The position numbers and the translations under genes are program-made. The notes under the pieces were generated by a model. It made no database searches and was not told where the DNA came from. It saw only the letters and a list, made by a program, of their open reading frames with translations. 64,000 nucleotides of DNA from Felis catus (lineage: Eukaryota). The DNA is taken from positions 42,472,001 to 42,536,000 of the forward strand of contig NC_058368.1 of the NCBI RefSeq assembly GCF_018350175.1, written 5' to 3'. Positions 1-13,897 of the stretch are shown in pieces (positions within the stretch are counted from its first letter, which is position 1; each line of letters starts with the position of its first letter).

Positions 1-144
1 GTGTCTGACTTTGGCTTAGGTCATGATCTCATGACTCATGAGTTCAAACCCCAAGTCAGGCTCTGTGCTAACAGCTCAGAGCCTGGAGCTTGCTTCAGAT
101 TCTCTGTCTCCCTCTCTCTCTGCCCCTCCCCTGTCCAGGCTTTG

Positions 145-208
<64 letters not shown>

Positions 209-255
209 CTTCAAAAATAAAAAAAAATTATTAAAAAATTTAATAAATAAATAAA
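1..255 (+). mobile_element. CanSINE (SINEC), 5' end cut by the window edge
   Basis: tRNA-derived body, (CT)n tract, A-rich tail. Confidence 0.95.
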
Positions 256-739
256 TCTGCCAACAGATATTATGAGGTTTGTGAAATCAGTAACATTGAA
301 TGTAAACAGAAGTGGCCAGCCTTTCACTGTTAAGTGTGAAAAGTATTAGCATTTTACAGTTTGCATGAAAGTTGCCTTTACTATTTTTAAACTTTTCCTC
401 TTTAGGTTCACAATTGTTTCAGGAATCTACCTGCTGTGCTTGTTTTTAATGATTACATAGAACAAGCAAAACAACTGTTTTATATTGAGCTTTTCCTACT
501 TCACCTAAGCACTGCAATTGCCACTGATTAAATTATGCAGAGGACGTGGAGAATCATTAGATTCAGTCTTAATGTATATTTCCTCTTTAAATTATGCATC
601 TTAATAGCTCTCCTTTTTAGAAAAAAACATTGTGGTCTGTAGAAGGTATTTCTAAGTATTCACTTTAGCTCTTGAATGCAAAATTTAATAATCACATATA
701 AATTGGTTCCTCCCCCACCACCCCTCCCCACCCGCACCC

Positions 740-880
740 CCTTCTGGCCACAGCGTTGACGCTCAAATTATTGTTTGGGCAATGTTAAAATGCAGATTCC
801 TTAACCCCACTTTCCAGAGATTCTAATTCAAAAGGTCTGGAGCAGTAATCTGCATTTTTGTCAAGCTCTAGGTAGTCTGG
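740..880. mobile_element. MER5-like hAT-Charlie fossil
   Basis: aaaatgcagattcc...agagattctaattca...aatctgcattttt signature. Confidence 0.5.
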
Positions 881-2821
881 CATATATTTGACGAAATGTC
901 ATTCTAGCAAATTGAAGCAATAATCTTAAGAGTCAAATTTACATATTCATTCCTGTTAATTTCCCAAGCAAAAGGCATTTTCTCTTCAGAGATTTTTCTC
1001 TTTAAGGAAAATCAACTTCCCTGCCCAGCCCTCTATTCCCTGGGCATAATAGAGAAAACAAAAAGAACCAAATTATTAAATAACAATAGCATGATCTGTT
1101 TTAATAGATTAGTGATCCCATTTCTGTTTCATGCCTTGACCACTGCAGTCATTTTCTTTTAAAAAAATGAATGACCACCACCCTCCAAATCACAAAAGAT
1201 GAAATATAAAAAGCAAAACTCACCAAATACTATAAAAAGCCAATGGATATTATTGTGTTATATAATGTTCAATTCTTAGAATGACAAAATTTTAAATATT
1301 AAAACTTAGTTCTAGTATTGGCAAAATCGATGGCAAGACTAATATGGTAGTATCAATCAAAGCTAAATTCATCATAACGTTTTATCCAGCAACCTTACTT
1401 TTAATAATTTTTCCTAGAAAAATAAAACACACTTATTAGAAGTGTATCAAGAAAAATTAAAACAAACTATTCAATATTAAGAGAATGCTTAAAAACCATA
1501 TGATTCAATGACCCACTATCTTGGTTAAATTACCGAAGGAAGTTACAATATGGTAATGTAATTGAGTTCCTGCTGAAAGCTATAGAGTTTTGCAGAAGGC
1601 TTATTTCAGACAATTGAGAGATGTTCCTTTGAGCAGATTAGGAGCCATTGCTGACCTCATGATATCAACCCCATATTGTTGACAGTGGAGGTGGGGTTCT
1701 GCAGGCTAGAACCAAGGGGCAGGAAGGGAATTTCTTACATAATATACTTCCAAAAAATAGTTGTGGTATTATGTAAATATTCCAAAATTTCTAAAAAGAA
1801 GCATGTGTTCTGCTATGTAATAGTAAATAATAGAAAAATGTATCTATTAGCTAACTAGCTATCTCCCTATAGTAGTGAATATTATGGAGTAAAATTCAAT
1901 ATAAGAGAGTTATATCTTGAAAATCACCCAAGAGGATATTTATATCCTGAAACACCTACAGGTAGTTTCATTTATAAGGTTATCCAGGGGAAGAAAACTC
2001 ATGACAAGTACTATAGAATTATTCTACTCAACTGTAAAAAATATAAAAGTCAAGCAAAATTGAGAAAAACTTGGAAAGATGTATTGCAACCTAGTATGTC
2101 TTTAATATGTGATTTATAATCTCTGAATAAAAAGGAATTAAGAGTATAAAATTTTAGTATTGATATGTAAAAGATTATTTCAACTGAAAAAAAGAAGAAA
2201 GAAATGCTTTTATGGAAACTATGATTCTTAATATATATTAGTTGATTCTAACATCTGAGAACAGGAGAATCCCCTAGAACCTGATCAGACATTGTTAAAC
2301 TGAGCTGCAGCCAGAATTTGGTTGTCCTAAATGTAGACATTTTTTCAGTGCCTTGCATTGTTCCAATGAGGAATGGATCAGTTGTCCTGTATACTCCTAT
2401 TTGCCTTCCCTTAGTTTATTAGTGTGATAGACAAGAAAAAAAATGTAACTTTTTGTTTAAAATTAAGTGCTCAGAAAAAGATAGCCAAATGACACCAAGG
2501 AGTATAATCCACCTATGTGTATCATTTTCAAATTTTTAGTTCTTTCCTTTTGAAGCAGTTTGTATTGCTCAAAACTTCTCAATTTAGTACATTTGTTTCT
2601 CTTGGGGGAACAAGGTTATTGTTCTTGTGGGTGCACAAAGAGGAAGGTTATTGAATTCAGTTATGAAAGAATGAAAGAAGAGGAAATGAACTGGAATGTT
2701 TTGATTTTCCATAAACATAAAATGGAGATAAAAAAAACCCTGACAGATGTAGCTTTATTAATGTTGACTGGGTAAGGTACAAAAGGATTCTAGGGCCTTC
2801 CCTTCTATACTATTTTCCTTT

Positions 2822-3048
2822 TATTCATTTATTTATTTTTATTTTTTAGAATTATTATTTTTTTATTTTAGAGAGAGAGAACATGCTGCAAGAGGGGGAA
2901 AGGGGCAGAGAGAGAGAAAGAGAATCCCAAGCAGGCTCCCTGCTCAGTGTGGAGCCTGACATGGGGCTTGATCCCACAACCTTGGGATCATGACCCAAGC
3001 CAAAATCAAGAGTCAATTGCTCACCTGATCGAGCCACCCAGGGGCCCC
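2822..3048 (-). mobile_element. CanSINE
   Basis: Reverse-complement SINE ending gagccacccaggggcccc; T-rich tail. Confidence 0.95.
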
Positions 3049-3443
3049 TCATTTCCTTTTAAATCCCTACTTTCTTATATAGTATAACATTTGAGTTAAT
3101 TCAATTAATTGTTTGAAGGAAAAATGTGATTTTAAAAATCTGGTTCTCCTAAGGAAGGGGAGCAGAGAACCTAGGAAGCTTTTTCAAAGTTGCTTTGCCA
3201 TCTCTAGCTCTAGCTTCTCTATTGTAACAATCCATTGTTCCTTGAGGGACTGAGAAAACACTAATGTTTTCTTTTGTACTTATGACATGCACATTTCAGA
3301 AAGTTTCCTAAAATCTCTCCATTTTTCCCCCTCTGGTTAAAATTCCATCACACCTTACTGTGCTATAACTCATCATATCTATTTATTTATTTATGTGCTT
3401 TCTTCCGTATTTTCACACACAACCTGATACACTCTCTGATTTA

Positions 3444-3656
3444 GATTTTTTTTTAATTTTTTTATCGTTTATTTGTTTTTGAGAGACAGAAAACAAGCAG
3501 GGAAGGGGCAGAGAGAGGGAGACACAGAATCTGAACGAGGCTCTACGCTCTGAGCTGTCAGTACAGAGCCCCATGAGGGGCTTGAACCCACAAACTGTGA
3601 GATCATGACCTGAGCTGATAGAGGATGCTTAACCGAGTGAGCCACCCAGGTGCCCC
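3444..3656 (-). mobile_element. CanSINE (felid type)
   Basis: Full body; TSD ctctgattta. Confidence 0.95.
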
Positions 3657-4999
3657 AACTCTGATTTAAATTTTAAAATTTTCTCAACACTGTACATTGT
3701 TTTACTTACTAGCAAATAAAACACTCCATCTGAATATTTTATAATCTTTCAAATTTTTTTATTTATTAAGAAAATAATGATTAAGTGAATGATGATACTG
3801 TGACCACTACTATTAATAAATAAAAATGCCAATACATCATGATATGCCAAAAGTGTAAGAAAATCCTACTCTACTGTGTGGAATACTGGCCAGCCCCATT
3901 ATATTGGGGCCAGATTGGAGAAATTTAGAATTTAGAATTTAGAAGGAATTGACAAAAAATATTGGCAAAGCAGTGATAGGAATGTAATATTAATATAATT
4001 TTCACAAACAAAAAGCTTTAACCTAAATTAAAAGTGTAAAGAAAAAAGAATAGTTAAGATATGCAAATATGTTGATTGTCCAATGCATTCCACTTATAAC
4101 ATCTATTCTCCAACCATGTCAAAAAAGAAATGATGAGTATAGTTATTATAATGAGGGAAGAAAAACATGTTGAGCACATTCTATATGCCAAATACTGCTC
4201 TAAGTACTTTACCTGCATTATTTTAGCTACAGATCTCTTATAGAAAAGAATAAAAGCAAATCTCTTATTTGAAAGAGAGTCCATAGATGGAGATTTAGCA
4301 TAGTAGAGCATTTGCTTTGTGGAAATAGATAATGTTCTGTACACTTGTGAGAAGCTATGCCTTTTTGGTATGTGGATAACTGGAAACACTCATCCTTCTT
4401 TGGTAAATCAAAGAGCTGTGTAATGAGGTAGTAGAAGAAATCTCATTCAATGGGAAGGACTAGTGAGCTAAGGGGAAGACAGAAGTTTAAATCAGCAAGC
4501 ACTACAAAGCATAGATGCCATTAACAGGCAAACTAGCGAGGCTGTGGGAGCACAGAGTGGTAACACAGGAACCGGTGGTATACCCTTTCAGTCAGGAAAG
4601 ATTTCTCAGCTGAAGTGCTTTTTAAACCAAGAGCAAAACTATGAGGGAGGGAAATAGTGTTCTTGACAAATGAATCCACATCTCCAAAGTCTTCTTTAGT
4701 TTCCATGAAAACTATTAATAGAACTGATCATAAAACTTCATGAAACAAAGCTGCTTTTCCAAAAACTAAAGAGAAATGATACTACATCTTATTCAAGACC
4801 GATCACCAGCTACACTCAATGTATGTACATTATAGAGTTTAATTTTCCTATTCAAAGTAACATAAGATGTGTTTATTACCATTGCTTCAACCTCTGAGAA
4901 GTAAACGTGCACAAAAATGACAGGGTTGCTGTGTTTAATGACTGATTATGTCTGATTAATATATCCAGAATCTGAATTCTTCCCACCACCTTCATTGCT

Positions 5000-5682
5000 A
5001 AACATTTCTTGCCCAGTAATAGAAGAGCCTTCAATGAGATTGTCCTATTCCTGAAATCGCTCTCCTGTGGTCTGTTCTCAAAAGAATAAGCAGAATAAAG
5101 ACCAAAGTGAGATCGTGTCACTGCTCTGCTCAAAAATATCAACAACCTTTAATTTTATGTCATGCCCTAAAAGATACCTGCTCCCACCCCATAATCATCA
5201 TCACTCATCAGTCTCTGCCATTGTTTCCTACTACTTTCCGTCACTCTCTTTTCTCCAATCTCTCTGGCTCCTTGCTATTTATTCAGTGTGATAGAAATGC
5301 TCTTACCTCAAGGCCTTTGCCCTTGTTACTTTTCTTCTACCCCTCCCTTTGCTTCAGATACCCATTTGCCTGCATCCTCAGTTATTTCTGTGTTTGTTTT
5401 TCAACTGTCATTTTAATGAGGTGTCCCTGATCACTATTTTTAAAGAACAACTAATCTCACCTCTCTGGTACTTCTTATTCTTCAGCACTCTCTGCTTGAT
5501 TTTTCTCCTAGCACTTATGACCACTTGATAAAAATCTTACTTTTATTTTCGGTCTCATCCCTCGCGGATATAAACCATTTGTAAAGGGATTTTTGTTTGT
5601 TCTCTGCCAGATCTCTGGTGTCTATTATAGTATTTGGAACATAGTAGATACTCAGTAAATATTTTTGAATGAGTAAATGGAT
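5000..5682 (+). mobile_element. L2 3' fossil
   Basis: Ends atagtagatactcagtaaatatttttgaatgagtaaatg, a typical L2 tail; 5' boundary approximate. Confidence 0.6.
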
Positions 5683-6189
5683 GACACTGACATTCTTTGA
5701 CAGATTTAGATTTAAATTCAGAATCACTTTTCTTCCCCCCATTTTTCCTACTCGTTATCTCTCCTTAAGTTTTTGAATCTTTTGTCAACAAGTTTCTTTG
5801 ATATTGCATTTCACTCACAGCTATTAACTTTTAATATTAATATTTAGGGCATCATTGTTTTCCCAGTGGAATTACTATAATACATACTGAACATGTTTGT
5901 GCAGTCAACCTACCCACCTTTAAAAATGCACTATGTGTATATTAATTTAGATATAGTTCCAAATGCTAATTCTTTCTAAATGATAGTTCTATAGAAATGC
6001 CTAAAACTTTCCACTGTCTTTCCATTAGATAAAATACACATTCCAAAGCATGACATTTCAGGCCCCTAATGATGTAGCTCCTTACCTGTTATATTCTCTA
6101 TGTTCCTGATAACAAAACTACTTGACTTTCCTCCAAGTGGCTGTGATATCAATGGACATCAGCACCCAGATCTCCTTCACACTTTTATA

Positions 6190-6520
6190 GGAGCCACAGT
6201 TGGGCATAACCTTTAGTAGCTGCCCATTGACACGGAAGCCATGGTTCCTAGGGCTGCTTCCTACCAAAGGCTCACATGGCAGAGGGACTAGTGCCAGTGC
6301 CGAGGCTCCCAGCTGCCCCATCAGCCCGGCCACATTTTTCTCAGACCTGCACGGAGTTCTGAGTCTCTCCTACCCAACCTCCCTTACCTACTCACCTTTC
6401 ACAGATTTGAGAACATGAATTGGTCTATAGGTTTTGTCTTCTCCAGCCCCCTCTTCTTTATCCTTCAATAAATCTCTTGTAGATCTTTTCTGATCCTGTT
6501 GCCGGCTTCTCTTGGAAAAT
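6190..6520 (+). mobile_element. Probable ancient ERVL/LTR16-like solo LTR fragment
   Basis: GC-richer block ending caataaatctcttg; family not certain. Confidence 0.35.
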
Positions 6521-9500
6521 TAGGATGTGATTCACTGATGATCAAAAATGGTAATGTTTTTCAGCCAGTCTTTGCTCTTCCTACAATGCCTTCCTTCTCT
6601 TTCTACTGGTCTAAATCTTAACTTGTCCATAAGATGGCAAACTCAAGGGCTATAACTGTGCCTCATATATACCCCCCCTGCTCTGTAATCTTTCCAATTG
6701 TGAACTTCTTCAAAAAAATCTTTTATTGAAGCTTTTCCTGTACAATATCTTATCCTCCCATTGAATTTCAAGCCTCTTGATGGCAGGAACCATGTCTTAT
6801 TTATCTTCATATAATGTAAACACAGCACCTTGGAAGTTCTAGAAATTCAATATGTATTTGATGAATTCGATTGCCGAAGGTTCTTTATTAGAAGGGAGAG
6901 AGGCTAGTATATCAAAATAAAGTACTATTTATGATCTAGAGCCCCTCTTCACATTTACATCTAAATCTTTCATAACATTCCAATAAATCAGAAAGCAATT
7001 CTCTATTACAGTTCAGCAGTAGCCAATCTGGATATGGTCCACAAATAAGAAACTAAGAAAATATCACTTTACAATAGTGGACAAAGTCCAAGGCTCATGA
7101 GTGGTTAACAAAGTCTATGTGTAAGTAGTATAATTACCATCTCCTAAAATATGTTAGATAAACATTAAGGATCAGCGTAAGGGGACCTGGAATTAAGGAT
7201 TTTGGAAGAGTACAAAAGGCAAAGTAATTAAGATACATTTATCACGTAGGAAATAAAAGGTGTAGTAAAAAATTATAATACTAAAAAATGGATAATATTC
7301 AGAAATCTAATCCTGTTTATCACTTAAAATATGATGAAATGTATGAAACATAAAATAGTTTCTAAATGTGTTATCTTAAATAGGAAAAGAAACACTGTCT
7401 TGGTAAAAAAAAATTACACTAATTTAAAATATGATTTTATCATTCCTAAATCATTGTCAAAGCCCTCAAAATTTTAACTAAGTACCCAATAAACTGTAAT
7501 AAATATTTTATTCCTGTTCATATATTTCACATAGACTTCAGAACACCAACTTTGGGATTTTAGTGGAAAGTGTGTAAAAAAGCTATTTGAAATCAAAACT
7601 TTCAAGATCAATTCTAATGGACATATGGCTACATTAGCAATTTTTTTTGCCTAGTAGTCAATGTTTAAAGGTCCCTATTTGTGCACTACTCTGGCCATTT
7701 ATTAAACTATATTTCTATGAAGTGTTAGTTTTCAGTCTCATGCCGTTGTCATGTAACTGTGACCACTTTCTGCATTAAGAAGAATTAGCAAATCAAAATC
7801 AATAAAACAATTCAGGATTTCAGAAGGAATTAGAAAATAAAAGCAAATTATTAATATTTAGGCAAACAGCTTTGAAATCCACTGCCCAATGTTAACAGCC
7901 TATTAGGCTATACTCAGTGCTGAGTGGATAACAGAAGTTTCCACAAAAGCATAACCTGTGAATTAAAGCCCATTTGTGGAGAATATTTATTTATATTAGG
8001 TATGATACATGTATCACTACATAATAAACACATGAAATTATTTGTGTGTGATCTTATTATAAAATCTAGTGGAATAAATTTCATTAGTTTGCAAAAAGTA
8101 CAGTAACTTTTTGATTAGCAAACCATTAAAACATTGTCAATCAATCTAACTTAATGTGCAGTGTTCTTATATTAAGGTAGTAGTGATGGTAAAAGAAATC
8201 TCTGATTTCATTTTGGAAAAAAAATACCCATACCTAATTGTCCTATAGTTTAAACCTTGTTCAGTTTATTATGCTGGGAATAGCAGCACTGACACAAAAT
8301 GACAAGGATATAGAGAACATCAGTAATTCAAGAATGAATCATGTGTAATAAATGGTTATTTGTGGTGATAATACTTTAAGCAATGTGATGATTTTTGTTT
8401 GTGTTGTTTTGTTGTGCATTTAAGCAAGTACCATCTGTGGTTAATGACAGTCTCATAGAACAGGATGTTGTTTTATATGATTAATTTTGGGGTATGTTGA
8501 AACTCTACAAATGTAATCTGTATTCACTTCCCTGCACTGCGAATCTTCTGTTTTTAAAATGGCAAAATCCTGTCATACCTTTAGTATTAAAGTTATTATT
8601 CATATCTGAAATGTAATATTTCTACTCTACTTAATAGTTTCCTGGAGGCTGACTGGAACTAGAAGTTTATCTATTTTACTTTATCACATTTCTCTTAACT
8701 TTTCTTTTAATCAGTGATCCTGTTTGGCCTATAATTTAGGTCATGTACACTCACGAATTTTGCTTAATTTTGCTTAACACTTCTCTGAGTTGTGGCTTAA
8801 TTTTTAAATAAAACTTCACCAATAATTTCATCTTTTTAGGCTCTACTATCCCTTAATTTAGACTTCCCATTTTTTTCTCAGAATTTGGGGAAAAATTATC
8901 TAGTTAGAAGTCCATATTTACAAATGGTACATTTTATCATTCTCATGTCTGTGTTGCTTCTTCGAAACAATCACAACTATATATTCTCAGAGCTATACCC
9001 ATTTGCAAATTCCTAAATATACAAACCAAATAATTTTACAGTGCTATGTTTAGATAAGATTTCCCAGAAAACTTCTGAAATTCTACATTTTCAGACTTGA
9101 TTTCTACTTGTTCTTTTGTTAAATGAAAACTCAAGTCTAAAAAAATACTACAATGTCTCTGGAGCTTTCCAATGTACCAAGTAATTATTCAAATTAGATT
9201 ATAAAGCTAAAATAAAATTAATGACAATGATCTTGAATCCTGGTTAACCAGGAGAAAGGTTTTCTTTTTTTAGCTGGATAAGATTAAAGATAATAACTGT
9301 ATAAAAAGTACAGTTAATCTCTATGAATTGAAAATATATTCTGCATCTCATACAACAGAATATACAGATTAATAATTTATGTTTTATTAATATGCATGTA
9401 TTACCTCTGTTGAATTCCATTTTATAAAGTTTTGCATAATTAATGTGGTATTTTAATCATGTTACAATAACAGAAGTCAGTCTGGAAACATAACTGGGTT

Positions 9501-10715
9501 AGGCACATTTAGTGATGTCTAGTGGGAAGCATTCTTATATCAGCCTTAAATAACTAATTAGAGAGAGCAACAAAAAATGTGTCACTAGCGTTATTAAGAA
9601 AAGAGGGTCTATATATTAATTTAAAATATCAACCTACATCTGGGAAAAGGAAATTGTGACTGTTTAAAATAATGTATATACAGAGAATATCAGGAAAGTA
9701 ATCAGTGGCTTCTCATTATTAAGTATCATTATGAGACATCATGAGCCCAATATAGTTTTTTTGTCTTTTTAAATCAAGAGTGTTGTTCATCCAGTAATAA
9801 GAAAAAAAGTTGACAAGGAAGTGGTCAGCAGAAAAATGAGCACAAAGATCTCCCTAAGTGAACATGTCAGAGTATATATACATCATGTTAGTTCAAGACA
9901 CGCTGAGGGTTGGATCCACGCAACACCAAAGAAGGCTCTTTTGAAACCTGCCCTTATGAGATTCCAAATATAAACGTGGCATAACTCAATTTATTACCGT
10001 GCCTTGGGAACACTCATTTTGAAACAGGTTGACAATCTAGTTTAAACGGTAATTTTAGTCTGTTTTAATTTCCTAACTCATACAAACTCCATCTAAATGT
10101 AGGACCTCTATTTAAAGTTCATGCCCCAATAGTTCCTGGTAGATGTTGTCATTCAATCTCATAATTGGGAGTATATTTACTGATTGGAAGTTATAAGTTT
10201 TATTAACACATACCCTCACTGTGGGGGAGGGTCAAAATTATAAAATTTTACTCTCTGTGTTTTCCTTTCAGAGGAAAAAATCATTCTATGAGTGAAGACT
10301 TACACCAACAATTTAAAATGGCTTCCTGATGGGAATATTTCCCATACAAAAATAATCAAGGTAGTGTTCTATAAATATTGCCCTTGAGAATCCTATGGAG
10401 GTTTCTATTCTCTACAAGGAGCAATATTGTATGTCCTTAAGGAAAGATTATCAACAACAATAAAAATAACTAAAGAAAGAAAAGATAAACAATATACACA
10501 TACAATGTGCTGGCAATTTTCAAATATATGTAGAATATTGCTATATGAACTATAAAGGGAAGAGTTAAAAATGAATTAATTTTGCTCTCTAATAATCAAC
10601 ATTGACAAACAAGTGTTGGAGTCTTAAAGTTTGTCAGTATTCATTTCACACTAACAAGGATGTAAAGTGCTTATTCTATTAGGAGGTACCCATGATATAA
10701 AGATAAATATTTCTA

Positions 10716-10932
10716 GGGGCACCTGGGTGGCTCAGTTGGTTAAGCGTCCGACTTCGGCTCAGGTCATGATCTCACGGTTCATGGGCTCAAACCCCGCATC
10801 AGGCTCTGTGCTGACAGCTCAGAGCCTGGAGCCTGTTTCAGATTCTGTGTCTCCCTCTCTCTCTGCCCCTCCCCTGTTCACACTCTGTCTCTGTCTCAAA
10901 AATAAATCAACATTAAAAAGAATTTTTTTAAA
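10716..10932 (+). mobile_element. CanSINE (felid type)
   Basis: Full length; TSD aaagataaatatttct. Confidence 0.97.
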
Positions 10933-11374
10933 AAGATAAATATTTCTCAAATAGGGAGAGACGAAATATTGAAGGTGCTTATTTGATTGAAAAAAATACT
11001 TTGAGATTTAGCTCATAATATATTTTATTTCTGTAGCTAATAAGCAATGTTCCAATAAATGATTTCACCTCTTGACTGAATGAGCTTGTAGAAAGGAACT
11101 GACAAGTGCAAATGACCTGTTGGGGGTAGACAAATCTCCTGATAGAAATTAGTATTTTGTTAGCCTAGTTAACAAGAATGAATACCCCAGAACCTCATCA
11201 CTTATACAGACCATTTGTTAAAGTGAAGTTTCACAATCTGTAAGGTTTTAAAACAAAACAAAACAAAACCCTCTTTGACCTCAAAGGACCCCACTAGCTA
11301 ATCCTGTGAGACCAAGCTAGATGTAATCTACAGTTTTCTTCCTTCCTCCCTCCCTCCCTTCCTCCCTCCCTCCC

Positions 11375-11433
<59 letters not shown>

Positions 11434-11477
11434 CTCTCTCTCTCTCTCTGTCTTATTTTAGCAAGAGAAAAAGAGAC

Positions 11478-11512
<35 letters not shown>

Positions 11513-11597
11513 ATCTTATGCAGGCTCCACACTCAGCATGAAACTGGATGCAGGGCTCAATCCCAAGACCCAAGTCAAAATCAAGAGTCAGGTGTGT

Positions 11598-11822
11598 GGG
11601 GCACCTGGGTGGCTCAGTAGGTTAAGTGTCAGACTCTTGATTTCAGCTCAGGTCATGATCTCATGTCTCATGGTTTCAAGCCCCACATGGGCTCTGAACT
11701 GACAGTGTGGAGCCTGCTTGGGATTCTCTCTCCTTCTCTCTATCTGACCCTCCCCAACTTGCATGCATGTGTACACGCTGTCTCTCTCTCTCTTTCAAAA
11801 TAAATTTGAAAAACTTAAAAAG
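11598..11822 (+). mobile_element. CanSINE (nested)
   Basis: ggggcacctgggtggctcag start, CT tract, A tail. Confidence 0.95.
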
Positions 11823-11829
11823 GTTTTAA

Positions 11830-11956
11830 GGGGTACCTGGGTGGCTCAGTCGGTTAAGCATGAGACTCTTGGTTTCAGCTCAGGTCATGATCTCACAGTT
11901 TCGTGAGTTTGAGCCCCTCATCGGGTTCTGTGCTGGTGGTATAGAGCCTGCTTGGG

Positions 11957-12006
<50 letters not shown>

Positions 12007-12070
12007 CCTCCCTTCTCATACTGTCTCTGTCTCTCTAAAAAAATAAATAAACTTAAAAAAATTTTTAAAG
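11830..12070 (+). mobile_element. CanSINE (nested, tandem)
   Basis: ggggtacctgggtggctcag start, CT tract, A tail. Confidence 0.95.
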
Positions 12071-12309
12071 AAAGAATCGGATGCTCAAACAACTGAGCCA
12101 CCCAGGCACCTCTACAGTTTTCTTTCTAATCATCTTTATAATTATGGGAAATAGTAACACTCTACTCAGACAAATTCTGTGTAGGTATTACTGTGGGTGA
12201 AAAACCACATATTCCCTATAGATTGTTCAGTGTTTTTATTTTATAAAATAATTTATTCTTTGGTTATAAAACATCTTAAATCGTGTAACCTGTTAACAAA
12301 TTATCTATA

Positions 12310-13320
12310 CAGGCAGGCTCATTTATGTATCTTTTATATGTATGAATTTTAGTTACCTTAATTTAAAACACACCAGTCTCCCGACAACATGGCTCAAATT
12401 TCAGTTCCCACAGTGGCTGATAGGCAGTTTGTAAAGTTACACAGCAAAACATTTGCTGCTAGCTGTTCAGTCCACAAATCACTATGTATTTATCAGTGAC
12501 CAATGTTGGCACTTCTTTCAAAATGCACAGAGATCGAAGCATATAGTTCTGTTGCCTTCTGTCTCCCAGTGATAAACCCACATGACATTGTACATAAATG
12601 GGCGACTGAAAGAGGCAATTGGCCAACAAAGGTGAAAATGCAGGAAACAAACAAAAAGTGATAATATCACAAGTAAAATTTGGATAGAATATAAATGAGT
12701 TTTAGAAGAAATAACTGAGTGTAGGAATATTGATCCTGGTACTGTTCACAAGACTCTAGATCTACAGCTAGAGGAACTTAGTGAAGGCAAAACTATTGAT
12801 GTAAATGAACAAAGAGGCTGTGATAGAAAGGATGACGATGTCCCAGAAGAAATGACCTTGGCAAAATAATGGAACTCTCAGAGGCTATTCAAAACATTGA
12901 AACTGCAAATGATAAAATGTTGCTAGCTGATCCAAACTTAGAAAGGAATATGACATTTCACCAAGACATAGAAAAGATGCTTTTTCTGTACTCTAAGTTA
13001 TATGAGATGAAAAAGGCAAGCACTGTTTAAACTCCTCTTGATAAGTTTTTTTGTTTTTTTTTTTTTGGCATAGAAAAAACAACTTAATCCTCAATGTTTC
13101 TGACGTTTTTAATTATAGTGTACTAAATAAATATAGGTTTTACTATTTGTTCACTTCTCTATACCTGTATAGCCATTAGGAAGAGAGTTTTCAATGTTTG
13201 GGGAAAAAAAGTGACAGAACAGTTGTATTTTTCCCATCAATTATTAAGATCTCTTTGCGAAACTTCAGCTAGCAGTCATTTTTAAGGTCCTTCCCTAGTG
13301 AGTAACACCAGGACTGCCTG
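12310..13320 (+). mobile_element. TcMar-Tigger DNA transposon fossil (Tigger6-like)
   Basis: TA|CAGGCAG...CTGCCTG|TA terminal inverted repeats with TA target duplication; internal Tigger transposase C-terminal-like remnant. Confidence 0.85.
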
Positions 13321-13619
13321 TATTTCAACGAAGAGGCTTTACTAGTCCCTATGCTAAAATCCTCCACTAGGGTTCTTAGTTGGAGGCCTTAAAAAAGTAT
13401 TTGATATGCTCCACGAGAGCAAAGATTAAAGGATATAGGAATAAATCTTCTTAGTACCAATTTTACAAATATGTCGAAAACCCCATTTTATTCTAATCTA
13501 CAGAGAGAAAGGTTTATACTTTCTAATCTTCCTTAAGAAATAAATTTTAATATAGTAAGTAATTCAACCATTACTAAAATATAAATGGTAAATGCAAGTT
13601 ATAAGCGTTAAAAATGTTT

Positions 13620-13897
13620 TCAGTGCTCATCTCTTAGTCTCCATGAACTGCAGCATGCTGCGGAACTGTAACACATTCTCCCTCCAAGCTTTGTTCTTCT
13701 CAATTGGCAAACATCGGCTGTCCATGCTCCATCCTCCTGTTACACACACTTTACTTATACAACACAAGCCAACACGGTTTTTCTTCTGATGTCTTTTGGA
13801 TCATCGTAAGCATCATAGACATTTTCATCAGTGATGCCAAGAGAACTGGGAATATGTTAGTTTACTTTTGCTTCCTCTGTTGCTTAGTTGGCTGCTT
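13620..13897 (-). pseudogene. Possible terminal exon remnant (E)AAN*ATEEAKVN*HIPSSLGITDENVYDAYDDPKDIRRK..
   Basis: Strong acceptor cctctttttgttctgttgctgcag; acidic Tyr motifs; two TAA stops consistent with CAA to TAA. Confidence 0.55.

Larger units (their letters stand above)
11341..12110 (-). mobile_element. CanSINE interrupted by two nested + strand CanSINEs
   Basis: Outer element split at ~11597/12071; TSD ctacagttttctt at ~11328 and ~12112. Confidence 0.9.

Noticed and set aside
1..234. SINE-derived ORFs (here and at 10667, 11860, 22705, 32740, 42283, 53723, 60212, 63613 and others)
   Set aside because: Chance read-through of CanSINE bodies and CT tracts.
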